Positions 1 through 9,921 of a stretch of DNA of 64,000 nucleotides are shown one piece after another (position 1 is the stretch's first letter; the number at the start of each line of letters is the position of its first letter). Source of the stretch: a virus; IMG/VR virus record IMGVR_UViG_3300024313_000004, positions 70,596 through 134,595 of that record; one strand, written 5' to 3'. The notes under the pieces are model-generated. The model was given only the letters and a program-made list of their open reading frames with translations. It did no database searches and had not been told where the DNA came from. The position numbers and the translations under genes were made by a program.

Positions 1-3000
1 TATTTTTACCTTGATTACCCAACTCTATTTTAAACCTTGGGTCTTCAATTTCGGTCTGTCCGATAGTGTTGAATCTACCAATTTCTCTATCTATTACCTT
101 AAAAGTAGTTTTTAGATATGTTATGTCGTTTGCTTTTGGGTAGTTCTCAATAACACTACTTTCTTTTTCGAAATAATCAAGTTGAGTGTTGAAAAAATCC
201 ACAATTATACTTTTTGTGTACAATTCTTTAATTTTAACAATGTATCCGTTATTTTGTGACGAATATTGATTTTTTGTGTTTGTTACATCCTTTATAGATA
301 CACCTAAGTATTGTCCGACTTTAAGTCCTTTATTAGTAAATGTCTCTTCTGACATTTGGTTTATTTTAATCTTACCTCTTTTATAGTCATTTGATGTAAG
401 TGTTTCAAATGATACATTAGTATCATTTGTGTTTGTACTAACTATGCTAAATTCAACTTCCTCTTTTTTGTATAGCTGAAGTTGTGATTTATAAGCACCT
501 TCCTCATCTGCCTTGAATCCAATAAATAACTCTAATGCACTTGGTTCGGTCGAAATATCATCTTGATCATCTATATAACTAAGTTCGTATTCAACCTTAT
601 TGAATATAGTTTGTTGGTATTCTGGTAGATAAACCTTAGAAATATCTCTATTTGGATATTTATTTAATGGAACATCTTTTAATGGTTTTTCTCCTAAGTA
701 TGCATATTTTCCTGTGCTTTCTAATTGCTCACCACTCAAATCGTATATAAAAAATTCAGGACTTTGATCATCTATCCATTTCCAATAGTACTTTACCGGA
801 ATATCACCTTCGAAGTTCTCTCTTGGTTTTCTAACACATTCTAATGCCTTTATCCATATATCACTTGGTTTTATGTAATTTAAATCTAAAGTACCATATT
901 TACCTTCGTCAATTGAAGATCCAGTTACACTAATTAATTCAATTTCGCTATTTACAGTGGATTGTATTTCATAGATATTTTTAATACCTGGTTGTAGTGT
1001 CCATACAGATTTTCTTTCGGGATTATATATAATTTTAGTGTTTAGTGCTCCTGAATTTTCGGTATGTATAACATTTCCTGTTCCCGAATCTATAGTTAAA
1101 ATCTGATTAGTTGTCTGTGATGCTAAGTAGACACCACCATCATATTGATTTAGTGTTAAATTACCATAAACTGCTGGAATTTTATCAATGTTTATTGAGT
1201 TGTCGCTTATATTTAATGATTTGAATCTATATGTTTTATCTGAGATATTCATCTCTCCAGTAAGATTGTTATAGATTACATCTACAAACTCACTCATAGT
1301 TATACCTACGATTGAATATGTAAGTCCGTTGTCGACTCTCCATAATTGAGTATCTGCATAGACATAAATAGATTCGTTAACTGGTTCGTAAAATATCGAA
1401 GATTGTGTTAGTCCTGGTATGTTATATGATTCTTGTATATCTCTTGTTGAACCATTTATTCTTAAAAGAATATCGGCATCGGTTGTTATATACATATCCT
1501 TTTCGAATGAATTGTATACCATTTTCCCAGTTCTTGTATCTGTTGCAGGAGTTATTATTGTTGTCGTTAAAACATTACTACTATCATATATTGATATTAT
1601 TGGGTTGTTTGTGTATGTAATATAAACATCACCATTATCTGGATTTGATACTAAATCTGCAGCATCACTTGCTAATTCAATCGTTTCTATTATGGTATTC
1701 ATAACAGGATCTACTATCCAAACTTTATTTATTGATAGACAATAAAGATAATTGTTATATACATTAAAATCCATCTTTATACTATTACTATTATCTATAC
1801 CATTCTCGGTTAGATAAATTGTTGATATATAAACACCGGTATATGCATCAATTACACTTATATTATCACCTAAAACAAACATAGAGTTAGATAGTTGTAT
1901 ATATTTTAGATCTATTAAATTATCTACACCTGGTAAGTCTAATGTTATATTAGATGATAAGTAATCATTTTGATTGAAAGATACTCCAAACATTTGATCA
2001 TTATATTGTATTGAGTTGAATGGTCCACCTTGACCTGTCGCACCAGTCGCTACTATACAAGTTGTTTGTGAGAATCCCAAATCAAATGCCAATGTTATGA
2101 ATCCAGATGACTTACATGGATTAACTTCTGTTCCCCAGAATGGTCCTTGATATGATAGGTTAAGTGCCTTTGGGTCCACACTAAGTAGGTTATATTTTAT
2201 ATCCTGTAATGGATATTTTGTATTATTTATAGAAACTACACGACCAGTTCCAAAACCTAAATCTTCAAATGATTCTGTTGATAGACTATCTAAAATTATT
2301 TCATTTCCGGTTATTATTACACCAGTATTACCCTTTATTTTATCTGTTATAACATAGTCTGTATGTCCTGGTAATAATAACTTACCTGTTTTTATAGTAT
2401 AATCAAGCCTTCTATCTGTTCTTTTAACATCAAATTTTATTAGGTTGTTAATATTATTTACAATTATACCATAACTTTCTAGTGTTAATGAATGATCTAA
2501 TATCCATTGTTCTAAAGTTTTTGGAATATCTGGTATTTTTACTGATGCGGATGCCGAAGTTGCAGAAACGGTTGCACCGGTATTATCCAGGAATGTTCCA
2601 AATATCGTTTGTGTCTGATATGGAGTGTCATTTATTATAAATGTTATACTAGAACCGATTTCATTAAATAAAACTCTGGAATGCTCTATATGGTAATCTG
2701 CGGTTGTCCCTACTTCGATTCTTGTTATATCTATTGGTATATTTGGATATTCAGACTTTAATACTATTGCATTATAGAATGGTGATGTATAACTACCTAA
2801 GTACTCTACCTCTGCAATTATACCAAGTTCTTTTAGTCTTATATAATATCTTTTTAACCAATTTCTAAGAGTTCTATCTATTGTTCTCTCCATATCAGGT
2901 TCTGCACCTGAATAAATCCAACTTATTTCTTCATCATAGATATTCTTATTGATGATTACTTTTAATCCAAAATCATCCAAGTCTGTAAAGACTATGTTAT

Positions 3001-4624
3001 ATTTAAAGTTTTCTGAGTAATCATAATTGAGTTCTTGTGTAAGAGTTTCTTTTACTTCAATTAATCTCTCATTTGTCTGTAAGGTATTACCTATTTTATA
3101 TGAGTTACAATTATTAACCTCTGTATCATATAAATTCGATAATTGAGAATATTCATTATAAGTCAGTGAACTGGTTGATGTTAAATCATTAGGTTTATTG
3201 AATAATTCTATTGCTTTATTTATTATAAATTCTTCTCTGTCGCCTAAATTTATTAAACAACTATCTACGATTTCTGTATGATAGAAATTAACATCAATAT
3301 ATCTACTAGAGTACATCAAATCGGCCTTTAATATACCTTTGTCCATATACAAATCTACATTAAGTGCTTTAAAATCATCTTTATATTTTTCGGATGCCAT
3401 TGCTAATGTTGTTGAACTACTTTGAGTATATGTCTGTTCAAAATATAACCTATCGGTTGTTAGATAGAATTGTGTATTGTTCAAAACCTCATCATTTAAA
3501 GATTGGTCAACTTTTGTATATGTTGGTTTGCCCCAGTACTCTGGATTTTTATCAGGTGTTATAAACATAGTATTTGGATCTGAATAATCCTGTGTATATG
3601 TCATCTTACATTCGTATATCGAGTTATTGTGTATTACCTGCTCTTCTATTTGATATGAAGTTAGTGATGTGTTATCGGTGAAACTTGGTATTGTGGATAC
3701 TGAAAGAAAGTTTTTATTTAGGTTTGAACCCACTATTTTGAATTCTCTGCCAGGTTTTAATATCTTTGGGAAGTCATTTATATTATTAAAATAAATTCTC
3801 CCATTTGTTATATTTATACCACCATCATATATCTTTGGTACATCCGTTCTTGAAATAAGTTCTATAATAAGATTTTTATCTGTTGGTATATCACTTGCAT
3901 AATATTCAAAATGTATTGCATCTGGTATTTGGTTATTTTTAACCGTTATGACACCGTCATTGCTAGTAGAGTTTATAATATTAAGTCTCTTGTCATTATA
4001 ATATTTTTCATAAAATAATGTTTCATTCCAATCTGATAGGTTATTTATATAGTTAGAGTCTATATAGTTATATGTTCCAATTAAATTAGAACCTCTTATT
4101 ATAATATTTTCATAATCACTAGATGTGTAATCGGTATAATATGTAGATTCAAATGTTGCATTATCCAATTCACTTATTATCATGATTGCACCTTTTTTGC
4201 TACCAATTACGGCATAGGTTTTTTTAAGATCGGTGAATTCTAAAAATTCGGTGTCAAACATTATAAATGTTCCAACTGGAAATAATCTTTCAAAATCGGT
4301 TCCGTATATCCACTTGGAATAAAAGTTTGGATCGTTATTTACCGGTTCGATTTTAGTAATTGAGAATGTGCCCAGTTTTGCACCATAAAAGTGTACACCT
4401 AATTCATTAAATAGTTGAAACTTATCAAGTTTCAAATCACCTGGTGTGGAATAGTCAAATGAAGGTAAATATTCCATTGTATAAAGACCAAATGTCTTAT
4501 AGATATCTGAAGAACTTTGATGAAAAAGTAAATCTCCTTCAAATCTATCTACCGTATTGTTATATTTTATATTTAAGTAGTCACCTTCTTTATTAAAGAA
4601 TACTAAGCTTTTATGATTAGACAT
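1..4624 (-). CDS. Very large virion structural protein (>1540 aa, runs off left edge) with beta-propeller-like repeats; probable baseplate/tail component
   Basis: Not in ORF track. ATG at 4624 gives MSNHKSLVFFNKEGDYLNIKY. The frame is open where I spot-checked it (about 4300-4624, 1560-1620, 2-60, ending ..EDPRFKIELGNQGKN). YVTN-like strands such as NGDVYITYTNNPIISIYD occur at about 960-1960. Confidence 0.7.
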   Translation of the reverse strand, partial: MSNHKSLVFFNKEGDYLNIKYNNTVDRFEGDLLFHQSSSDIYKTFGLYTMEYLPSFDYSTPGDLKLDKFQLFNELGVHFYGAKLGTFSITKIEPVNNDPNFYSKWIYGTDFERLFPVGTFIMFDTEFLEFTDLKKTYAVIGSKKGAIMIISELDNATFESTYYTDYTSSDYENIIIRGSNLIGTYNYIDSNYINNLSDWNETLFYEKYYNDKRLNIINSTSNDGVITVKNNQIPDAIHFEYYASDIPTDKNLIIELISRTDVPKIYDGGINITNGRIYFNNINDFPKILKPGREFKIVGSNLNKNFLSVSTIPSFTDNTSLTSYQIEEQVIHNNSIYECKMTYTQDYSDPNTMFITPDKNPEYWGKPTYTKVDQSLNDEVLNNTQFYLTTDRLYFEQTYTQSSSTTLAMASEKYKDDFKALNVDLYMDKGILKADLMYSSRYIDVNFYHTEIVDSCLINLGDREEFIINKAIELFNKPNDLTSTSSLTYNEYSQLSNLYDTEVNNCNSYKIGNTLQTNERLIEVKETLTQELNYDYSENFKYNIVFTDLDDFGLKVIINKNIYDEEISWIYSGAEPDMERTIDRTLRNWLKRYYIRLKELGIIAEVEYLGSYTSPFYNAIVLKSEYPNIPIDITRIEVGTTADYHIEHSRVLFNEIGSSITFIINDTPYQTQTIFGTFLDNTGATVSATSASASVKIPDIPKTLEQWILDHSLTLESYGIIVNNINNLIKFDVKRTDRRLDYTIKTGKLLLPGHTDYVITDKIKGNTGVIITGNEIILDSLSTESFEDLGFGTGRVVSINNTKYPLQDIKYNLLSVDPKALNLSYQGPFWGTEVNPCKSSGFITLAFDLGFSQTTCIVATGATGQGGPFNSIQYNDQMFGVSFNQNDYLSSNITLDLPGVDNLIDLKYIQLSNSMFVLGDNISVIDAYTGVYISTIYLTENGIDNSNSIKMDFNVYNNYLYCLSINKVWIVDPVMNTIIETIELASDAADLVSNPDNGDVYITYTNNPIISIYDSSNVLTTTIITPATDTRTGKMVYNSFEKDMYITTDADILLRINGSTRDIQESYNIPGLTQSSIFYEPVNESIYVYADTQLWRVDNGLTYSIVGITMSEFVDVIYNNLTGEMNISDKTYRFKSLNISDNSINIDKIPAVYGNLTLNQYDGGVYLASQTTNQILTIDSGTGNVIHTENSGALNTKIIYNPERKSVWTLQPGIKNIYEIQSTVNSEIELISVTGSSIDEGKYGTLDLNYIKPSDIWIKALECVRKPRENFEGDIPVKYYWKWIDDQSPEFFIYDLSGEQLESTGKYAYLGEKPLKDVPLNKYPNRDISKVYLPEYQQTIFNKVEYELSYIDDQDDISTEPSALELFIGFKADEEGAYKSQLQLYKKEEVEFSIVSTNTNDTNVSFETLTSNDYKRGKIKINQMSEETFTNKGLKVGQYLGVSIKDVTNTKNQYSSQNNGYIVKIKELYTKSIIVDFFNTQLDYFEKESSVIENYPKANDITYLKTTFKVIDREIGRFNTIGQTEIEDPRFKIELGNQGKN

Positions 4625-4702
4625 TATATTGAATAGTTTTTGTTATATATTAAAATAGTGGTTCTCGATAATAATATATAGAGTATAAAAATATAAATAA
4701 CT

Positions 4703-5164
4703 ATGAGTAAAATTGATAAGATGGAGAAATTCTTAAAAGAAGAGAAGCCTAAAATGGAGAAGGATCTTGAGGTTGGTTTTGATATTGAATCTTTTGAGAA
4801 AGAAGAAGATACGGATACTCTTGGATTTAGATCAGAGTTTGAACCAATCACTAAAGGTAAAGAGAAAGCTCTTAAAAAAGAAATACAAGTAACTACACCA
4901 GGATTAAAGAAGTCTATCAAAAAGTTTGAGGATTTTAAAATCTCTATCTCTGTTGATGAAGTAGTACCAGAAGAAGATGTTGTTATGGGTGGTTTGGCAC
5001 CTAATGAAGAAGAATCTTGTGTTGTTTGTGAATGTAATCCTTGTGAGTGTGGTCAAGAAGAAGGTTGTTCAAATTGTGAATGTAATCCTTGTGAATGTGT
5101 ATCTACATCAGATGATAGTGAAAAGGTTGTCAGATTTGAAGATTTTTTAAAAAGTATAATGTAA
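4703..5164 (+). CDS. Acidic protein with duplicated CECNPCEC Cys cluster and KFEDF/RFEDF motifs
   Basis: ORF track; 10 Cys in about 27 aa; preceded by TAATATATA at 4672. Confidence 0.75.
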   Translation: MSKIDKMEKFLKEEKPKMEKDLEVGFDIESFEKEEDTDTLGFRSEFEPITKGKEKALKKEIQVTTPGLKKSIKKFEDFKISISVDEVVPEEDVVMGGLAPNEEESCVVCECNPCECGQEEGCSNCECNPCECVSTSDDSEKVVRFEDFLKSIM

Positions 5165-5165
5165 T

Positions 5166-5735
5166 ATGAAACATATAAAACAATTTGCGGATTTCTCCGA
5201 AGGTTTAAAGTATCATTTGGTAAATTCTATGCCAATCACTGAAAATGTTTTTAGACCAGGTTCTAAACAATTCTTTTCTATATTGGAAGAAGCTAGAAAT
5301 CTTTTTGATGAGGGTGCTTTAGTACTTGAAGGTATTGATAAAGAATTATACGAAAATACTGAGATTGGGTGCTTTGGTACTTTTAATGGTGAAAGAGTCC
5401 CTTTAGATATTCCAATGGAAGTTGAGGAAGAATTGAATGAGGCTGAATATAAAGGTAAAGAAGTAGAACTTAATAAACCTATGAGAAGTTCAGGTCCTAA
5501 GAAATATCAAGTTTATGTTAAAAATCCAAAAACTGGTAAAGTTAAAAAGATTTCTTTTGGTGATGTTAAGGGTGGATTGACAGCAAAGGTGAGTGATCCG
5601 GATGCTAGAAAGTCATTTGCCGCACGTCATAAATGCTCTACAAAAAAAGATAAGACTACCGCGGGCTACTGGGCGTGTCGTATAAATCGGTACGGTCACC
5701 TTTGGAATAATAAAACCTATCCAGGTTTCTGGTAA
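5166..5735 (+). CDS. Putative internal head protein: N-terminal capsid-targeting-like motif, LNE site, basic C-terminal domain
   Basis: MKHIKQFADFSE; ELNE|AEYKGK; basic KVKKISFGD..RKSFAARHKC domain. Confidence 0.6.
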   Translation: MKHIKQFADFSEGLKYHLVNSMPITENVFRPGSKQFFSILEEARNLFDEGALVLEGIDKELYENTEIGCFGTFNGERVPLDIPMEVEEELNEAEYKGKEVELNKPMRSSGPKKYQVYVKNPKTGKVKKISFGDVKGGLTAKVSDPDARKSFAARHKCSTKKDKTTAGYWACRINRYGHLWNNKTYPGFW

Positions 5736-5779
5736 TCTAAGTGAGTTGGATTTCCTTTTCTATTTTTATATAAACATGT

Positions 5780-6040
5780 ATGAAACCATTTCAAGAAACA
5801 AAAATAAGTGATAATACATTCATCAGAGAGTTTAGTCAAAATACTGATTCTGGAGAAATGACTTGGCATCGTGATAGAGAAAATCGCGTAATAGAATGTA
5901 TTGGAGATACTGATTGGATGATACAAATAGATAATGAACTTCCTAAGAAAATTGAAGGTGAGATACTTATACCGATGGGTATTTATCATAGACTTATAAA
6001 GGGTACTGGTGATTTGAAAATAAAATTATTAAAGTTATAA
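5780..6040 (+). CDS. Small cupin-fold protein
   Basis: TWHRD and ILIPMGIYHRLIKG cupin-like motifs. Confidence 0.6.
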   Translation: MKPFQETKISDNTFIREFSQNTDSGEMTWHRDRENRVIECIGDTDWMIQIDNELPKKIEGEILIPMGIYHRLIKGTGDLKIKLLKL

Positions 6041-6195
6041 AATTGAAAAAGATTTTAAAGGAAAACTTAATGTTTTTATTAATAATCTAGGAATTGAAGA
6101 GCGTGAAAGGTTTGGGTTAATATCAGATGAGGGTAGATCCTAAATTAAATTACGATTTATATATTGAAGACCGTTCATAAGAGTGGCCTTTATAT

Positions 6196-6345
6196 TTATT
6201 TAGCATATCTTCTTTCGTATCCTTTAACTTTGTATTTATTTCGACCAATTGGATGTCCGCCTTTATTATAATTTTTATAAACATAACTTCTACTGACACA
6301 TCCGGTTAATGTTAAAATTAGTGTAATATATATTATTCTTTTCAT
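6196..6345 (-). CDS. Small putative lipoprotein (49 aa)
   Basis: Read by hand: MKRIIYITLILTLTG-C-VSRSYV..., lipobox LTGC; ATG overlaps upstream TAA (TAATG). Confidence 0.6.
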   Translation of the reverse strand: MKRIIYITLILTLTGCVSRSYVYKNYNKGGHPIGRNKYKVKGYERRYAK

Positions 6346-6485
6346 TAGTATCTATACTTATACAATATTTCGGTATGTATATTTTGTGGTTTTTTTCTCG
6401 TATAGTAAGTAATACCAAATCTATTTCTGACTTTATACCACTTACCACCAATTATTTTCCTATATGATTTTATATATCTTAACAT
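6345..6485 (-). CDS. Small basic protein (46 aa)
   Basis: Read by hand: MLRYIKSYRKIIGGKWYKVRNRFG...; starts immediately after the gp47-like stop and is coupled to the lipoprotein. Confidence 0.5.
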   Translation of the reverse strand: MLRYIKSYRKIIGGKWYKVRNRFGITYYTRKKPQNIHTEILYKYRY

Positions 6486-7619
6486 TTAATCAATTTTTGA
6501 TTTGTAATTCTCATTATAAATTCTTATTACTTCATCATACTCACTTAATATCCCATCTTTGAAATCAGGGTTCTCATATTTTTGTTTATCTATATATTCT
6601 CTAATGTAGGTTTCATATTCTAGCTTTATAGATATATCCATAGATTCTTCATCTATCTCTACCGCTTCTGAAATAATATCTTCACCATCCTCATTCTTTT
6701 GTACTATATCATCTATATATTCAACAGATGTAAAATTACCTTTCTCTAACATCATTTCGAGCTTCCTACGAAGCTTTCTGTTGTTTATAAGTAGATTGTT
6801 TGATATTGCCAAATCTATGTAGTCCTTTGTGTCTTTAATCTCATCCAATCCATCGATATCCTCTTCTGTTATTACTCTGAACTTTCTGAATACTGGTGAT
6901 ATATTATTTGGAAAAAACTCTTCACTATCATCTTCTGTGTTTATCACAAAAATGCCTTTTTGGTCGCCTGTATCATTTCTATCCATTTGAAAAATTGATC
7001 CAACAAATGTAAAACAATCATTTGATTGTACTAAATGAATATGACCAGATCTTACTTTTTTAAAAGATTTAAAGTTTTCAATATCTATCTTATCGTTATT
7101 TCTGTGTGCTGCGGAGTTTAAGTGCATTTTACAACCATTCAAATCTGAGTGACAGAATAAATAATCACAATTTTTATTTTCATCGATTACTTTTATTTGG
7201 TCTAACCTTTTCTCTATATATGGCATCATTAAAATATCCAAATTATTGAATTTTAATATTTTTGGGGAGTCATATATCTTTACATTTGGTATGTATTTGA
7301 AAGGTCTTATTGAATTTATTTCGGATGCACTTTTTGAGTACAAATCATGATTTCCTATTATTATATGAAGAGGTGCTATTTTTGATATTTCCTCAACTAT
7401 ATCCATACCATAGTTTAATAGGTTTATAGGTATGATATTTCTATTGTCAAATAAATCACCTAAGTGTATGATTATATCACCTTCTTTTACTTCTCTTTTA
7501 AGAAGAGGTATTAGAAAATCTCTAAAATATTCTATATGTACTTTGTGCCATTTATCTGTAGTGTTTGGATAGCCTAACCCTATATGGGTATCTCCAATTA
7601 AAAATATTTTTTTACTCAT
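6486..7619 (-). CDS. Mre11/SbcD-family recombination nuclease (T4 gp47-like)
   Basis: Metallophosphoesterase motifs IGDTHIG, HLGDLFD, IIGNHD, FCHSD, SGHIH. Confidence 0.9.
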   Translation of the reverse strand: MSKKIFLIGDTHIGLGYPNTTDKWHKVHIEYFRDFLIPLLKREVKEGDIIIHLGDLFDNRNIIPINLLNYGMDIVEEISKIAPLHIIIGNHDLYSKSASEINSIRPFKYIPNVKIYDSPKILKFNNLDILMMPYIEKRLDQIKVIDENKNCDYLFCHSDLNGCKMHLNSAAHRNNDKIDIENFKSFKKVRSGHIHLVQSNDCFTFVGSIFQMDRNDTGDQKGIFVINTEDDSEEFFPNNISPVFRKFRVITEEDIDGLDEIKDTKDYIDLAISNNLLINNRKLRRKLEMMLEKGNFTSVEYIDDIVQKNEDGEDIISEAVEIDEESMDISIKLEYETYIREYIDKQKYENPDFKDGILSEYDEVIRIYNENYKSKID

Positions 7620-7757
7620 GTGTAAGGGATAGATATTTTTTTAATTATAAATATATAATGTTATATTAAAAAATGAGAGATAGTTGTGAATTATGATATA
7701 TATCTTTGAGTGATTGGTTTAGGATATTGAAAATGGAAAAAAATTGTTTTTTAAATA

Positions 7758-7818
7758 TAATATATACATTATAGTAAAATCCTTTTGAAAACAGAAGGTA
7801 AAAAAATATTAATATATA
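7758..7818 (+). promoter_or_regulatory. Two tandem late-promoter-like motifs (TAATATATA) upstream of tail tube
   Basis: TAATATATA at 7758-7766 and 7810-7818. Confidence 0.55.
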
Positions 7819-7860
7819 CATTATAATTGTTAAGCAATTACATAAAAATAAATAAAAAAT

Positions 7861-8481
7861 ATGCCATTACCACACTATACGCAGATTTCAAATGTTGGTT
7901 CACCAGGTGGACCAGGTACATTACCAGATGAGGTTGTATACACTAACCTTTTTGAGGTTACTTTTGTATTACCAACTATTCTTCAAGCACAAAAGAGAGA
8001 TGCTCTTTTATTGTTAGAAAATGCAACAAAGATAAGTTTAAACTTAACAGAGCATGATGTTGCAGAGAAGGTTCAGAGATTTAAATACTCAACTAGAGCA
8101 TTCTATGCCACTCCTACAAAGACTCATGGTAACTTAACAATTCCTTTTCAGGTTAACGTTAATAACAATGGTTCTATGGAGGTTTGGAATACTTTGAAAG
8201 CTTGGTATGATTTACTTTTCAACTCTCAAAATGGATCTCTTCACTACAAAAGTGATTTGATTGGTACTATTATTGTTAATCAACATGATAAAAAGGGTGT
8301 TGTGTTAAGACGTGTTACTTTCCAAAACTGTCAGCTTTTTAAAGTTGCTGGTTATGATCTTGATTGGGCATCTAATGGTATCATTGAGAATGTTTCTGCC
8401 GAATTTGTTTATGATTATTTCATTGATGAATATATCGATTCGGGATTCTCTATCAATCCACCACTTGCGTCTGGATATTAA
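7861..8481 (+). CDS. Tail tube protein (T4 gp19-like)
   Basis: NLFEVTF, NTLKAWYDL, IIVNQHDKKG..LRRVTFQNC, LDW, AEFVYDY pattern; near sheath. Confidence 0.85.
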   Translation: MPLPHYTQISNVGSPGGPGTLPDEVVYTNLFEVTFVLPTILQAQKRDALLLLENATKISLNLTEHDVAEKVQRFKYSTRAFYATPTKTHGNLTIPFQVNVNNNGSMEVWNTLKAWYDLLFNSQNGSLHYKSDLIGTIIVNQHDKKGVVLRRVTFQNCQLFKVAGYDLDWASNGIIENVSAEFVYDYFIDEYIDSGFSINPPLASGY

Positions 8482-8497
8482 TATTGATATTAAAAAT

Positions 8498-8528
8498 AAA
8501 AAACCCACTTTTGGTGGGTTTTTTTTTT
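8498..8528. terminator. Bidirectional intrinsic terminator between convergent genes
   Basis: A6-CCCAC-TTTTG-GTGGG-T10. Confidence 0.85.
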
Positions 8529-8531
8529 ATT

Positions 8532-8750
8532 TTAAAATTTTGGCATACTCATATTATTTGTAATGTTTGATGCGTTTTTCATCATTGAATTTGTATCAGG
8601 CATTGATTGTTGTTGATCATCCTCATCTTTCTTCCTTTGATTATCCTCCTCTTCAACAATTTCATTGACAATCTTAATATTCTCTTCGAACATCCAAAAG
8701 GGCCATTCATTCATTGAAACTTCCTGAGTGTGAAAATGTTTTTGAAGCAT
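8532..8750 (-). CDS. Baseplate hub assembly catalyst-like protein (T4 gp51-like)
   Basis: Likely start ATG 8750: MLQKHFHTQEVSMNEWPFWMFEENIKIVNEIVEEE; follows gp26-like gene. Confidence 0.55.
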   Translation of the reverse strand: MLQKHFHTQEVSMNEWPFWMFEENIKIVNEIVEEEDNQRKKDEDDQQQSMPDTNSMMKNASNITNNMSMPKF

Positions 8751-8754
8751 TAAT

Positions 8755-9705
8755 TTATTTTTCAATATATGCTTCAAAGGCATCATGAATAACGAAAATA
8801 CCTGAAGCTCCGTTGGGAAACTGCATATCTGTGCGGACCTCCTCACCGCACGTGCAAGTTTTTTTAAGTTCTTTTATACCAAAAGTCATTTTACTAACTG
8901 CAGCATTTAGAAATTGAAATGATATATCATCCATTCCCTCAAATTCTACAAGTTTTGCTTTTATACCATCATAAGTAATTGATGATCTACCACCCATCAT
9001 AAATGGTATTATTTTTAAGAAAGAAAGATTTGGACTTTTCTTTTCACTATTTTCTTTCATTATGTATTCTGTGAATGCCTTCTGTAATCCAATATTTGGT
9101 GGTGTTAATTCAAATGACTTACCATTAATAGCCTTGAAATGATATGATCCATTAGATTGGTTATAAAACTTTTTAAGTTTCTCATCTATTTCATGGAAAA
9201 TAAAATTTTCTTTTTTAAGTTCGATTTCATTCTCTATTCCACATGTACATCTTGTGGTGGTTTTTAATGAGTTTCCTTCTTGAAAAGTTAACTCTCTTAT
9301 TAAGAATACTAAAAATAACCTATCTTGATCCTTAATATCGAGATATGATGCAACTCTACCATCGTTATATTTAACTCTGACACATGCTTGTAATATATCA
9401 TTCATTTTCTCAACTATATCATAGAAGTTATTATCATCTACCATAGAATATGCCTGAATCTCTCTAACTTGAGCAGGTCTTACCATAAATAGAGTTCCTG
9501 CTGGATAGAATTGACCACAAGGTAGTTCTCTGATATCAAAATTAAAATATTGTAAATCGGTCACTCTAGTACTCTCCACTATAGGTTTCTCCACTATAGG
9601 TTTCTGTGGAATATCACTATTGAAACTATTTGTTGGTGTGGTATTTATATCTTGAAGATGTCTTTTTAAGTAATCTTCTTCGCTCATTTCTTGTTCTTTA
9701 GACAT
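8755..9705 (-). CDS. Baseplate hub/tail assembly chaperone (T4 gp26-like)
   Basis: LPCGQFYP, VRPAQVREI, DRLFLVFLIR, two CTCG motifs; downstream of sheath. Confidence 0.65.
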   Translation of the reverse strand: MSKEQEMSEEDYLKRHLQDINTTPTNSFNSDIPQKPIVEKPIVESTRVTDLQYFNFDIRELPCGQFYPAGTLFMVRPAQVREIQAYSMVDDNNFYDIVEKMNDILQACVRVKYNDGRVASYLDIKDQDRLFLVFLIRELTFQEGNSLKTTTRCTCGIENEIELKKENFIFHEIDEKLKKFYNQSNGSYHFKAINGKSFELTPPNIGLQKAFTEYIMKENSEKKSPNLSFLKIIPFMMGGRSSITYDGIKAKLVEFEGMDDISFQFLNAAVSKMTFGIKELKKTCTCGEEVRTDMQFPNGASGIFVIHDAFEAYIEK

Positions 9706-9779
9706 AATGTATATTATTATTTTTTAGAATATATATTAGATATATTCTTTTCTCTTATATATCTTAAATCATGTAAAGT

Positions 9780-9869
9780 TTACATATTATATACACATTT
9801 TTTATTACCTGTATTATATATTCTATGATAACCTATTTCATTCATTATTTCCTCTTCTGTCTTTTTGTT
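9780..9869 (-). pseudogene. C-terminal relic of a phage mobile endonuclease
   Basis: Frame reads NKKTEEEIMNEIGYHRIYNTGNKKCVYIM*, resembling the KTExEIMxExxxxRIYDxG tail of phage homing endonucleases (from memory); the rest of the gene is absent. Confidence 0.4.
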
Positions 9870-9874
9870 TAAAC

Positions 9875-9906
9875 AAAAAAAGTCCCAAATTTCTTTGGGA
9901 CTTTTT
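9875..9906. terminator. Intrinsic terminator after tail sheath
   Basis: A7-GTCCCAAA-TTTC-TTTGGGAC-T5. Confidence 0.85.
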
Positions 9907-9921
9907 AATTTTAGTTTATTT

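Noticed and set aside
6042-6143. Protein-like open frame IEKDFKGKLNVFINNLG...
   Set aside because: No start codon and no recognisable family
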